DNA of 64,000 nucleotides from Candidatus Pacebacteria bacterium CG_4_9_14_0_2_um_filter_40_15. Its GTDB lineage: Bacteria > Patescibacteriota > Microgenomatia > UBA1400 > PJMF01. The notes under the pieces are model-generated. The model saw nothing but the letters and a program-made list of their open reading frames with translations. It did no database searches and was not told the origin of the DNA. Both the position numbers and the translations under genes were made by a program. The stretch covers positions 70,848 through 134,847 of the forward strand of contig PFRS01000008.1 in NCBI GenBank assembly GCA_002788675.1, given 5' to 3'. Below are positions 29,918 through 39,729 of this stretch, piece by piece; the first letter of the stretch is position 1, and every line of letters starts with the position of its first letter.

Positions 29918-30979
29918 ATGAGTGATTACACAGCTATTCTCGAGCAAGAAATTCAAAGTCTCAAAGACAAAATTGCGGCAGCAAATGACATGCCTCCAGA
30001 GTTACGTTCTAAAGTTGACAAAGACATTGTTGCCCTCGAAAGAAGTGTGGCTTTGGGTAGCTATGACGAAAAGTATGAAAAAGTTTCTCGGTATATTGAG
30101 TGGGTACTTAAGGTGCCATGGAATAAAGAAACAGAAGATACTCTAGATATTGAAAAAACAAAACAAATTTTTGAAAAACATCACTATGGCATGCAGGATG
30201 TAAAAGAGCGTTTTCTCGAGTATGTTTCAGTTTTGAAACTTCGCAAGCAAAACTTTGGAGATGGTGAGTTTAAAGCTCCTATCTTATTACTCGTTGGATT
30301 GGTTGGTACGGGAAAAACTACTTTTGCAATTTCACTTTCAGAAGCGCTTGGTCGTGAACTGGTCCGTATTCCTTTTGGTGGTATGGGTTCTGCAAAAGAA
30401 CTCCGTGGGGCCTCGCGTTTAGTATTGGGTGCTGAACCAGGTAAAATTATAAAAGGTGTTTGTGAAGCTGGAGTGCGTAATCCAGTAATTCTTTTAGACG
30501 AGATCGACCGTGGTAGCGAAGATGCAAATAAAGATATTATGGGTGTGCTTGTTGAGTTGCTCGACCCAAATCAGAATGTTGCGTTCCGTGATGAATTTAT
30601 CGATTACCCAATAAATCTTTCTCATGCTATTTTCTTAGCAACTGCAAATAATACTGTAGCAATTGCTACAGCTGTAATGGACCGTATGGAAAAAATTACC
30701 ATGCCTTCATACACTGACCACGAGAAAATTGTTATTGCTCAAAAGTATATTCTTCCAGGACTGCTCAAAGAAGCTGGTTTAAAACCAGACCAACTGGTTA
30801 TTGCGGATGATGTCTGGGCAAGTGTGACCAGACCTTTGGGCTATGATGCTGGTATTCGTACTTTGCAGAGAACTTTGCAAGGTGCTGTGCGTAAGGCTGC
30901 TCGTATCATTGTTGAGCGTGGGTATACAGAAGTTGTGATTAATTTAGATAATAAAAAGATTTTCCTGCCTCAATATTAA
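29918..30979 (+). CDS. Lon-derived AAA+ ATPase module lacking both the Lon N-domain and the protease domain
   Basis: Collinear with E. coli Lon residues ~240-590: YIEWVLKVPWNK matches YLDWMVQVPW; HYGMQDVKERFLEY matches HYGLERVKDRILEY; Walker A LVGLVGTGKTT; Walker B ILLDEID; VLVELLDPNQNVAFRDEF matches LLEVLDPEQNVAFSDHY. The ORF stops where the protease domain should begin, and the next gene is unrelated. Confidence 0.7.
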   Translation: MSDYTAILEQEIQSLKDKIAAANDMPPELRSKVDKDIVALERSVALGSYDEKYEKVSRYIEWVLKVPWNKETEDTLDIEKTKQIFEKHHYGMQDVKERFLEYVSVLKLRKQNFGDGEFKAPILLLVGLVGTGKTTFAISLSEALGRELVRIPFGGMGSAKELRGASRLVLGAEPGKIIKGVCEAGVRNPVILLDEIDRGSEDANKDIMGVLVELLDPNQNVAFRDEFIDYPINLSHAIFLATANNTVAIATAVMDRMEKITMPSYTDHEKIVIAQKYILPGLLKEAGLKPDQLVIADDVWASVTRPLGYDAGIRTLQRTLQGAVRKAARIIVERGYTEVVINLDNKKIFLPQY

Positions 30980-31066
30980 TTTTCATTTTTCTTCATTTTG
31001 TTTGTGATTTCAACTTGGGTAGTTCACCAGATACTGATATACTTTGATGGTAAAAGAGAATATGAC

Positions 31067-31783
31067 ATGAAAAAATCTCATCAAGATACAGTACAAGTAG
31101 TATTTAATGGTAGTGTTGAAAAAAGAGCTTCAATTTTTGGTGCCGTTGAGAAATTTTTGACCCGCGAAATTGTGCCCAAAATCCCCAAGCAGATTGAAAC
31201 GTATCACTTAACACTTGCAACGCTTCCATTAAGCCTCTGTGTTTTGGTTTTTAGTTATCTCTCAAAGAGTTCAATGTATTGGCTCATTGGTGTCTGTGCA
31301 TGTATTTTATTTCAATACCTAACAGATTTATTTGATGGATCTGTTGGCAGACAGAGAAATACCGGTTTGGTAAAGTGGGGGTTTTTGATGGATCACTTTC
31401 TTGATTATATTTTTTTCATTTCTCTTGTGTTTGGGTGGTCATACTTAGTAAAGCCAGAGTATTTTACGTACATTTTTATAAGTATGGCTAGCTGGGGAGG
31501 GGCAATGATTAATTCATTTCTCTATTATGGTGCTGCTAACACCTTTAAAATTTCGTATGCCCAACTGGGGCCAACTGAATTTAGAGTCCTGCTTATTATT
31601 GCATATCTCATTGCGATTCTTTGGGGACCGTCGTTTTTTTCAACTTTTGTACCATTAATTGCCATAGGATCAGTAGTGGTTCTTATTGCTGTGGTATACA
31701 GTTCTCATAGAAGTTTGTGGGCACTAGACATGCAGCGAAAGTCGCGCCAAAGGAATCTTCAGAAGAATGATATGATAGGATAG
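31067..31783 (+). CDS. CDP-alcohol phosphatidyltransferase family protein
   Basis: DGSVGRQRNTGLVKWGFLMDHFLDYIF fits the DGx2ARx8Gx3Dx3D motif. A TTG at 30998 would extend the N-terminus, so the start is uncertain. Confidence 0.55.
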   Translation: MKKSHQDTVQVVFNGSVEKRASIFGAVEKFLTREIVPKIPKQIETYHLTLATLPLSLCVLVFSYLSKSSMYWLIGVCACILFQYLTDLFDGSVGRQRNTGLVKWGFLMDHFLDYIFFISLVFGWSYLVKPEYFTYIFISMASWGGAMINSFLYYGAANTFKISYAQLGPTEFRVLLIIAYLIAILWGPSFFSTFVPLIAIGSVVVLIAVVYSSHRSLWALDMQRKSRQRNLQKNDMIG

Positions 31784-31789
31784 AGCTTG

Positions 31790-32428
31790 ATGCAGAAATT
31801 ATTACATGACGCAACAACATTGGCAAAACTCAGAGATACACTAGAAGATTCTTTTAGTGCTTTACCACTGGTTGCTTCTAAAGCTGAAGTTATACCTGGA
31901 GAGGGTCCAGAGAATGCCAAAGTCTTTTTTATAGGTGAAGCTCCTGGTCAACAAGAGACAATTGAAAGAAGACCTTTTGTAGGTCGCTCTGGTAAGTTGT
32001 TTAGAAAAACACTCGCAGAGGTTGGTATCGATGAAAAAACAGTGTATATCACCAATATTGTGAAAGCTCGGCCACCTGAGAATCGTGATCCATCAGTCGA
32101 AGAAATACTTGCGTACAAACCTTTTCTTGATAAAGAAATTGAAATACTTAAGCCACAGCTTATTGTCACGTTAGGACGATTTAGTATGGCCAAATTCTTG
32201 CCAGATGTAAAAATTTCACAAGTCCATGGCAGATTGCACAAAGTAAAGTGGAATGATGTTACACAGTATGTGTTGCCAATGTACCATCCAGCTGCTGCAC
32301 TCAGGTCAACTAAAATGAAGGAGTCTTTTGTCGAAGATTTTGGTAAAATAGACAAGATCATTGATTGGGTGGGTGAGCAGCAGCAAAACAGACAGTTCTC
32401 AGAAGAAGTTGTAGCTCATCTCTTCTAG
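31790..32428 (+). CDS. Uracil-DNA glycosylase, family 4
   Basis: GEAPGQQETIERRPFVGRSGKLF and a C-terminal HPAAALR motif. Confidence 0.75.
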   Translation: MQKLLHDATTLAKLRDTLEDSFSALPLVASKAEVIPGEGPENAKVFFIGEAPGQQETIERRPFVGRSGKLFRKTLAEVGIDEKTVYITNIVKARPPENRDPSVEEILAYKPFLDKEIEILKPQLIVTLGRFSMAKFLPDVKISQVHGRLHKVKWNDVTQYVLPMYHPAAALRSTKMKESFVEDFGKIDKIIDWVGEQQQNRQFSEEVVAHLF

Positions 32429-32443
32429 TTCTCTCAAAAAAAT

Positions 32444-33247
32444 ATGAAACTGTTATTATTCTCAATCCCTATTATTACTACCCTTGTTGGTTTTGGTATC
32501 TATCGTTTCCAAGACGGAAAACAACGTGAGCTGTTTAAATTGGATTTAGTTCAGTTTATGTACCTCTTTGTGTTGACCCCGACACTGTATGTCTGGTTAA
32601 AGTCATTTTTATTCTTTTTCTTGAGGAACGAATTAACAGTAACACTGAGCCTAACTGATATTTTTGTGATAGATACGGTATTCTCCGTTGTTGCATTTTT
32701 TACATTTGCAGCCCTGGCAATTCATTCGCTTACCAAAACCTTTTGGCTCAAGCGGCATCATGATCCAGACTTTGATCTTTTTCATTTGTCAGAATATTTT
32801 CATCTGTACTGGACGCATGTCGTCATTTGGACTGGTGGAGTGGCATTGGTTTCGTTAGTATCCTTTATAAATGTCTTTATACCAATCCAAGTTGTGCATC
32901 AGTCTTTACAGTTTTATAGTGTGCTGGGAATTGCTGCTATTACGGGATTATTCACTTTCATGGGCATTTGGGGTTCTGATCCTGGGCAGGGGAACTTCAT
33001 GCGCATTATGAAGTTAGAGTTAATGCTAGCATTTGTTGGCCATGTATTGATGTATTTTCTTTTTGACCCTAATTTTAAGATGCCATTTGGAGCGTTCTGG
33101 TTTTCACTTTTCTGTTTTCTCTTTGCTTCAGTAGCATCATTCTTCTTTGATAAGTCATCTAGAGTAGAGAAAATGCGCGGCCTCTGGTTGCATGTCGGCT
33201 GGGGTGAGAATATCCAATTATTTCCAATTCAAAAAAGAAAAAAGTAA
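32444..33247 (+). CDS. Hypothetical polytopic membrane protein
   Basis: 267 aa with 6-7 hydrophobic helices. Confidence 0.4.
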   Translation: MKLLLFSIPIITTLVGFGIYRFQDGKQRELFKLDLVQFMYLFVLTPTLYVWLKSFLFFFLRNELTVTLSLTDIFVIDTVFSVVAFFTFAALAIHSLTKTFWLKRHHDPDFDLFHLSEYFHLYWTHVVIWTGGVALVSLVSFINVFIPIQVVHQSLQFYSVLGIAAITGLFTFMGIWGSDPGQGNFMRIMKLELMLAFVGHVLMYFLFDPNFKMPFGAFWFSLFCFLFASVASFFFDKSSRVEKMRGLWLHVGWGENIQLFPIQKRKK

Positions 33248-33277
33248 CAAGTAGTTCATACAAAGAAAGATTTAATT

Positions 33278-34936
33278 ATGAATACACTAAAAATTGTACC
33301 TCTAGGAGGTATGGGACACGTCACACAAAACATGTTCCTCTATGAATATCAGGACGAAATTATGATCGTCGACTGTGGAATTGGATTTCCTGACACACAA
33401 ATGCCAGGAGTTGATATCTTAATCCCCGATATATCTTATTTATTAAAGCGACTCGATGAAGGTGCAAAAATTGTGGGAATGATTCTGAGTCATGGTCATG
33501 ATGACCATATTGCTGCAACACCATACATTTTGCCAAATCTTCCCGAGTTTCCAATTTATGCATCCCCTCTGACAGCAGGTTTTGCTGAGCAGCGCATGAG
33601 TGATGGCAAGGTAATTAGAAGTATTACTACAATTAGCAACTCTAATGAATTCAGTATTGGTTCATTTTTTAAGGCATATTTAATTCCTGTTACTCATTCA
33701 GTTCCAGATACACGTCACATTGTGATTGATACGCCCGAAGGCATTGTGTACCACGGTAGTGACTTTAAACTTGATCAAGCTCCAGTTGATGGTATCAAGA
33801 CAGATATGCACGCAATTGAGGCTCTTAAAGACAAGCATGTCATGCTCATGTTACTCGACTGTCTTCGTGTTGAGTACGACGAGTGGGTTGAGTCTGAATC
33901 AACCGTTGGTCCAGCCATTCTAGAAATCATGGAAGCAACCAAAGGTAAACTGGTTATGACACTCATGAGTTCTCATATCCACAGAATTCAGCAAACCATA
34001 CATGCTGCCGAAAAGACTGGTCGCAAAGTGGTTTTCATTGGTCGTTCAGTTGAACAAAATGTCGAAGTCGCTCTAAGACTTGGCAAACTCACCATGCCAG
34101 ATGGTATGAAAGTTGATAAAAAACACATCGAACAGGTCGCAGATAGTGAATTATGTGTGATTGTTGCTGGAAGTCAGGGACAAGAAGGATCTTCATTAGT
34201 TCGAGCTATTTATGGCGAACACAGAATTTTACAGATTAAAGCCCACGACACAGTGGTATTCTCAGCTGATGCAATCCCTGGTAATGAGACAAACTTTTAT
34301 GCTGCTATCGACGAACTTTCTCGCAATAATGTCCACGTTGTCTATCCAGCCATCAACCATTACCTCCATCAGTCTGGTCATGCAAGTTGGCCTGAACAGA
34401 AAGCAATGGTTGAAGCGGTTCGTCCAAAATTCGTTATGCCTGTAGGCGGAGCAGATCGTCACAGAGTACTGTTTTCTCAGCATGTTTCGAAAGAACTTGG
34501 CTATAATGAGTCAACTACACTTTTACCAAATGACGGTGAGGTTCTTGGCTTTTCTGGAGGTTCATGGAAGATTGTCGATCAGTTAACCATTAAGCCACAA
34601 ATTATTGATGGTTTGGGTGTTGGTGACGTTGGTCCAACAGTTCTGTCTGACAGACGCTCACTGAGCCAAGCAGGAATTGTAGTTGTAGTTCTCCCTAGAG
34701 TTAAGTCTCAATTTGATCTTAAGCATATGCAAGTCATTTCTAAAGGATTCGTCTTTATGAAAGATGCTGAAGATGTTGTGCAGTTTATCGAGTCACAAAC
34801 AGCTAAAATTGTTTCCGATGGTGAGTACAAAAATGACGAGCAGCTGAAACGAAACATCGAAAAACGTCTATCTCGCAAGCTTTTTAAGATAATTCGTAGA
34901 GAACCACTTATCGTTCCGGTTATTCTTGATATGTAA
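33278..34936 (+). CDS. rnj: Ribonuclease J
   Basis: Metallo-beta-lactamase motif LSHGHDDHI, a beta-CASP region, and the typical N-terminus KIVPLGGMGHV. Confidence 0.85.
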   Translation: MNTLKIVPLGGMGHVTQNMFLYEYQDEIMIVDCGIGFPDTQMPGVDILIPDISYLLKRLDEGAKIVGMILSHGHDDHIAATPYILPNLPEFPIYASPLTAGFAEQRMSDGKVIRSITTISNSNEFSIGSFFKAYLIPVTHSVPDTRHIVIDTPEGIVYHGSDFKLDQAPVDGIKTDMHAIEALKDKHVMLMLLDCLRVEYDEWVESESTVGPAILEIMEATKGKLVMTLMSSHIHRIQQTIHAAEKTGRKVVFIGRSVEQNVEVALRLGKLTMPDGMKVDKKHIEQVADSELCVIVAGSQGQEGSSLVRAIYGEHRILQIKAHDTVVFSADAIPGNETNFYAAIDELSRNNVHVVYPAINHYLHQSGHASWPEQKAMVEAVRPKFVMPVGGADRHRVLFSQHVSKELGYNESTTLLPNDGEVLGFSGGSWKIVDQLTIKPQIIDGLGVGDVGPTVLSDRRSLSQAGIVVVVLPRVKSQFDLKHMQVISKGFVFMKDAEDVVQFIESQTAKIVSDGEYKNDEQLKRNIEKRLSRKLFKIIRREPLIVPVILDM

Positions 34937-35014
34937 TTATCACCTCTTTGGTTGAAGTCGGGATTGTATCCTGGCTTCAACTTGAGGTATAGTAGAGATG
35001 TCTACAGAGTTGTT

Positions 35015-35041
35015 GACAAAAAGCAAGATATCCTATAATAT
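35015..35041 (+). promoter_or_regulatory. Putative sigma-70 type promoter upstream of ftsK
   Basis: ttgaca at 35015-35020 and tataat at 35036-35041, separated by a 15-nt spacer. Confidence 0.35.
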
Positions 35042-35071
35042 TTATATACATATGCTTCACTGATTGGTCCT

Positions 35072-37243
35072 ATGGGAAGAAAAAAGAAGAGTAAATTATT
35101 AAAACTGGCACTTAAACCTGAAACTACACATACGGTTTTGGGTACGATCTTTGTATTGATTGGTGTCTTAATTATTGTTTCATTTACTGGGCAAGGTGCC
35201 CTCATGATGCAAATCAATGAGTTTCTTAAGTTGAAAATTGGTTTTTCAGCGCTCTTTGTACCTTTCGTTTTTGTCTCTGCAGGCATGATGTTGTTTAAAG
35301 CAAAGTGGGCATGGTCTCGTCCTAATGTATTTTTAGGAGCAATGCTCATGTTACTTGGAGTGCTCGGCGCATTCAAGACTGGTGAGATTGGAGCACAGAC
35401 TTTTGCAAATGTAGCTGACCTTATTTCGCCTGTAGGCACATTTATTTTGTTTTTCACTATTGCCGTAATTGGTTTCTTTATTTTGAGCCAATTTTCACTG
35501 AATGAACTTGCTGAACTCAAAGGCATTCTTTTCCCTGAAAAAAACTCAAGTGGAGCCAAGAAAAAAGAAATCACTCCAGTTACTCCTGATGATATCGATG
35601 ATGCAAAAGGCTTTTCACTGCCTAAATTATCTTTCTTTGGAAAGAAAGACAAACCTGGATTTAGTATTAATTCAGGAAATGAAATAAGTCAGGCAGAAGA
35701 AGCTGAAGTTGGTACAGCCATTGCTTCAGATAAGCCAAATGTCTCAGATGACACAACTTCAGAAATTTCACTAACAGATTCAACACTTCAGCCGAATGCT
35801 GACACGCTTGTATGGGAATATCCTCCACTCTCACTGCTTTCAAATTCTGAAGGTGGAGAAGCTAACCGAGGCGATGTAAAGCAAAATGCTGACATTATTG
35901 AGCAAACACTAGCCTCATTTGGGATAAAAGCTGAAGTCAAGGAAGTTAACTATGGTCCAGCCGTTACACAGTATGCACTACAAATCTCTCAAGGAACCAA
36001 ACTTTCTAAAATTACGGGATTATCAACAGATTTAGCGCTTGCTCTGGCATCTCCTGGTGGACAGGTCCGTATTGAAGCTCCAATTGCGGGTAGATCGTTG
36101 GTAGGTGTTGAAGTGCCAAACTATTCAGCACAGTACGTGACTCTCAAGAAAATGCTTGGCAGTAAAGCGATGAAGAAGCACCCTTCAAAATTAGCAACAG
36201 CACTTGGCATTAATGTGGCAGGTCAGCCAGTGATTATGGACATTGCTAAGATGCCACATATTTTGATTGCAGGAGCAACAGGTTCAGGAAAATCTGTGGC
36301 TGTAAACACGTTTATTACTTCAATTTTATATCGTTCAAGCCCTAGTGAAGTGAAGTTTATTCTTGTTGATCCAAAGCGTGTTGAGTTAACAGGGTATAAC
36401 GACATTCCACATTTGCTCACGCCTGTTATTGTTGAACCTAAAAAAGTTGTTTCTGCACTTAAATGGGCAACTGATGAAATGGATCGTCGCTACAAACAGT
36501 TGGCTGAAGTAGGTGTGCGTAATATCACAGGCTTTAATGAGTTAGCCGGCTACGCAGCCATGCCAAACATTGTGATTGTGATTGATGAGTTGGCCGATAT
36601 CATGCTCTTTGCTCCTGGTGAAGTTGAAGAATCAATTACTCGTATTGCCCAGATGGCTCGTGCTGTTGGTATTCACTTAGTGCTTGCGACTCAGCGTCCT
36701 TCAGTTGACGTTATTACTGGTCTAATCAAAGCTAATATTCCTGGTCGTATTTGTTTCAACGTTTCGTCTATGACAGACTCTCGTGTGGTATTGGATAGTC
36801 CCGGTGCTGAGAAGCTCTTGGGCAAAGGTGATATGTTGTTCCAACCACCAGATCAAGCAAAGCCACTTCGTGTGCAGGGAACGTATGTTTCTGACCAAGA
36901 AATTAAGTCCTTAATTGATTTTATTAAATCTCAAGGCCAGGCTCCAAGTTATGAAGAAAATATTACAAAATATAAAGTAAACGTTGGGGGTGGTAGTGGT
37001 GTAGCAGGTTCAGCTGACGATAGAGACGAGCTTTTTGATGAAGTGGTCCACTATGTTGCTCAACAGCAAAAAGGTTCTTCTTCAATGATTCAGCGAAAGT
37101 TCTCGGTTGGTTATAATAGAGCAGCACGAATTTTAGATCAGCTCTATGCTTCTGGACTTGTTGGCCCTCAAGAGGGCAGCAAACCACGTGACGTAAATAT
37201 GCAACAAATTTCAGAATATATGACGCAAAGAAGCGCTGAATAA
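35072..37243 (+). CDS. ftsK: DNA translocase FtsK/SpoIIIE
   Basis: N-terminal TM helices, an acidic linker, Walker A GATGSGKS, and a C-terminal gamma winged-helix region (SMIQRKFSVGYNRAARIL). Confidence 0.9.
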   Translation: MGRKKKSKLLKLALKPETTHTVLGTIFVLIGVLIIVSFTGQGALMMQINEFLKLKIGFSALFVPFVFVSAGMMLFKAKWAWSRPNVFLGAMLMLLGVLGAFKTGEIGAQTFANVADLISPVGTFILFFTIAVIGFFILSQFSLNELAELKGILFPEKNSSGAKKKEITPVTPDDIDDAKGFSLPKLSFFGKKDKPGFSINSGNEISQAEEAEVGTAIASDKPNVSDDTTSEISLTDSTLQPNADTLVWEYPPLSLLSNSEGGEANRGDVKQNADIIEQTLASFGIKAEVKEVNYGPAVTQYALQISQGTKLSKITGLSTDLALALASPGGQVRIEAPIAGRSLVGVEVPNYSAQYVTLKKMLGSKAMKKHPSKLATALGINVAGQPVIMDIAKMPHILIAGATGSGKSVAVNTFITSILYRSSPSEVKFILVDPKRVELTGYNDIPHLLTPVIVEPKKVVSALKWATDEMDRRYKQLAEVGVRNITGFNELAGYAAMPNIVIVIDELADIMLFAPGEVEESITRIAQMARAVGIHLVLATQRPSVDVITGLIKANIPGRICFNVSSMTDSRVVLDSPGAEKLLGKGDMLFQPPDQAKPLRVQGTYVSDQEIKSLIDFIKSQGQAPSYEENITKYKVNVGGGSGVAGSADDRDELFDEVVHYVAQQQKGSSSMIQRKFSVGYNRAARILDQLYASGLVGPQEGSKPRDVNMQQISEYMTQRSAE

Positions 37244-37263
37244 TTTCAGCAGAAAGGTGTAGT

Positions 37264-38265
37264 ATGCAAAAACAAAAAAAGATACTTTTTGTTGGTTTTA
37301 TTGCAATCCTTGTCTTGGCAGGTGCCACGACTTATTTCAAGGCTAATCGAAATCGGTGGCAGTACATGATAGAGTATGGTACGGATGCTCAAATGCTACG
37401 TGAACCAATGATGGCTGACAGTGCTGGTGGCTTTGGCGGTGGCATGATGGAAGCTGGCGTTGCTACCAGTAAAATAGCAGTTGATTCTATGCCAAGTAAT
37501 GGTGGCATGATGCCTCCCTATTACTATGGTGATGATTCAGCAGGACTCGATGCTGAGTACCGTTTATACGATAGATCAGCTAACTATGATGTGATTGTTA
37601 AGGATGTGCAAACCTACCTACGTTCGATGCGCGAGTATGTTTTGAGCATTGATGGTGTTGTACTTAATGATTCATTTAATCAAGGCGATGATTGGAAGGC
37701 AGGATCTCTTTATGTGAAGGTTCCTGTTGCTAAGTTCTCTGAAGCTAGTGATCGAGCTGTTGAAGGCGTAAAAGAAGTCTTTGGTAGTTCAAGCAATTCT
37801 GCAGATATCACAGGCTCACATGTCACAGCAACAGATAGAGTAGCAGAAGTTGAAACGATGATTGCTGACACAAAAGCATCTCTCGAGGCATCTCAAGCAC
37901 TTTTGGATCAGGCAGAAGCAGGTACAACCGAATGGAGACAGTATCGTAGTGAAGTACTTCAACTTGAAAACAGACTTTCCTCATACGAGAGACAGCTTGA
38001 GCAGTACCAGAAAAATGTTGATAGTGTTGAAGGTCAAGCAGAGTACGCATCTATCATGATTAATGCATCAGATAGCAAACGCTACTTTGATCCAAACACT
38101 GATTTGCCACTCTCTGAGCATATAAAACGAGCACTTGCTTCACTTGGTGAAAGTGGGTATCTCGTAGCTTCATTCCTTATCTGGGTTGTTGTGTACTCAG
38201 TCATTTGGCTACCAATCCTTGGGGTCTACCTTTGGCTCACTGGTAGAGGTGGTAAGAAGAAATAG
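37264..38265 (+). CDS. Hypothetical membrane protein (DUF4349-like architecture)
   Basis: An N-terminal TM helix, a coiled-coil middle, and a C-terminal TM helix. Confidence 0.4.
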   Translation: MQKQKKILFVGFIAILVLAGATTYFKANRNRWQYMIEYGTDAQMLREPMMADSAGGFGGGMMEAGVATSKIAVDSMPSNGGMMPPYYYGDDSAGLDAEYRLYDRSANYDVIVKDVQTYLRSMREYVLSIDGVVLNDSFNQGDDWKAGSLYVKVPVAKFSEASDRAVEGVKEVFGSSSNSADITGSHVTATDRVAEVETMIADTKASLEASQALLDQAEAGTTEWRQYRSEVLQLENRLSSYERQLEQYQKNVDSVEGQAEYASIMINASDSKRYFDPNTDLPLSEHIKRALASLGESGYLVASFLIWVVVYSVIWLPILGVYLWLTGRGGKKK

Positions 38266-38283
38266 TAATTAGAATGGATTTTG

Positions 38284-38312
38284 GTATGGCCGCGCGCAGC
38301 GCGGCCATATTG
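38284..38312. repeat. GC-rich palindromic hairpin (terminator-like)
   Basis: atggccgcgc-gca-gcgcggccat forms a 10-bp stem. Similar elements occur at 39351 and 60700. Confidence 0.6.
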
Positions 38313-38336
38313 TTTCTTCACATAGAAAAAAATTAA

Positions 38337-38732
38337 ATGAAAAAGAGAACAACAATTATTGATGCTTTTTACCACACACCAACATGGCGAAAAGTGCTGA
38401 GCGCACCATTTATTTATGGAATGGTTATTCCTTCAATTGCACTTCATTTTTTTGCTGAGGTGTATCATCAGGTATGCTTTCGACTCTATGGTCTGAAGCT
38501 TTTGAATGTTGCACATTTTATTGTGATTGATCGACACAAGCTAAGTAAACTTTCACCAATGGAAAAAATAAATTGTATGTACTGTGGGTATATTAATGGC
38601 TTGTATGCATACTTAGTTGCATTAGCACGGAGTACAGAAGAGTACTGGTGCGCCGTGAAACATGAAGTGGGTCCTGCACAAAAGTCGCAGCGACAGCAGG
38701 CTTTTTTCTTGTCGAGAGATTCATTCAAATAA
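38337..38732 (+). CDS. Hypothetical membrane protein
   Basis: 131-aa ORF with two hydrophobic helices and CxxC and CxxxH pairs. Confidence 0.35.
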   Translation: MKKRTTIIDAFYHTPTWRKVLSAPFIYGMVIPSIALHFFAEVYHQVCFRLYGLKLLNVAHFIVIDRHKLSKLSPMEKINCMYCGYINGLYAYLVALARSTEEYWCAVKHEVGPAQKSQRQQAFFLSRDSFK

Positions 38733-38777
38733 AAAAACTGAATCAAAATGAGTACATGCTAGGATGTAGTATTGTTT

Positions 38778-39281
38778 TTATTCCTGAAAAGCTTTATTTG
38801 TATACAAAAAACCATGTCGATCAGTAACTTTAATAGGATACTTAATGGCACCGACAGTTTCTTCCCACCAATCTTGAGTTCCTTCTAATGCACCTATATT
38901 GGCAGTAAATAATAAAGAATCGTCAGCATCAATAATTCTAATGTCCGAGCTACCGAGTGTTTCTACGTTGGTATTTATTTGACGCATTATTTGGTCATTA
39001 GCACCAGTAGGATAGAGCGGTACTCTCATCCAGGTAAAAACCTCATAGAATTCTCCATAAGGGACGGGAATGAAATTTTTATCAAGTAAATTCTGTGTAG
39101 AGCCATTTTGCCAATTAATTTCCCACCTGCGTCCATCCTCATTATTGTCGTTTGATTCTAGGTTGGCTACATTTTTTAAAAATAGAATAATTGCTTTTTC
39201 TTTGTTTTCTAATTCATTCCCAAATTCATCTTCGACTGAGGTGGTGAATTGAGAAATAGGTCGTTCAGTAGTTTCGTTCAT
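38778..39281 (-). CDS. Hypothetical protein
   Basis: 167-aa ORF with no recognisable motif. Confidence 0.4.
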   Translation of the reverse strand: MNETTERPISQFTTSVEDEFGNELENKEKAIILFLKNVANLESNDNNEDGRRWEINWQNGSTQNLLDKNFIPVPYGEFYEVFTWMRVPLYPTGANDQIMRQINTNVETLGSSDIRIIDADDSLLFTANIGALEGTQDWWEETVGAIKYPIKVTDRHGFLYTNKAFQE

Positions 39282-39350
39282 ACTAAATGCTCATTATTTC
39301 TTTAATTGTATTTTCTATAAAAAAGTATATACGATTTTTCATGTATGGAA

Positions 39351-39383
39351 AGGGAAAGACCGCGCACTGCGCGGTCTTTTTTT
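39351..39383. terminator. GC-rich hairpin followed by T7 (rho-independent terminator)
   Basis: agaccgcgc-act-gcgcggtct followed by ttttttt. Confidence 0.6.
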
Positions 39384-39402
39384 GTGTTACTCAAATAAAA
39401 AA

Positions 39403-39729
39403 TTATCCATCCCCACCAGTATCAAACTGATTGTACATTCTACACACCAGTGGTTGAAACCACCCATTGGTGCAGCGACCGCTCATATGACGGCCGTTAA
39501 CAATTAGTTCGAAGGTGACATCGTGGGGGTCACCAAACACCACATTTGTACTGGTCTGTCTTACAACTGTTACATTTTCAACAGTTGTTTCAGCAAACTC
39601 AGCAAAGCGCTGTGTCGCATCTTCGACTCGCACAAAAGACTTGTCCGCATAGGCTTAACAACCACCTAGGAACAAAAGCGCGAGAATTACTGCAATTGCA
39701 CCGGTTAAGATGTTACTTTTCAAGGCCAT
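39403..39729 (-). pseudogene. Lipoprotein gene interrupted by an in-frame TAA directly after the lipobox cysteine
   Basis: Minus strand: ggaggt ATG codes MALKSNILTGAIAVILALLFLGGC, then TAA (39657-39655). The same frame continues AYADKSFVRVEDATQRF... to the stop at 39403. Confidence 0.5.

Noticed and set aside
35002-35652. 216-aa minus-strand ORF overlapping the ftsK start
   Set aside because: It is antisense to a well-supported ftsK N-terminus and to the sigma-70-like promoter.
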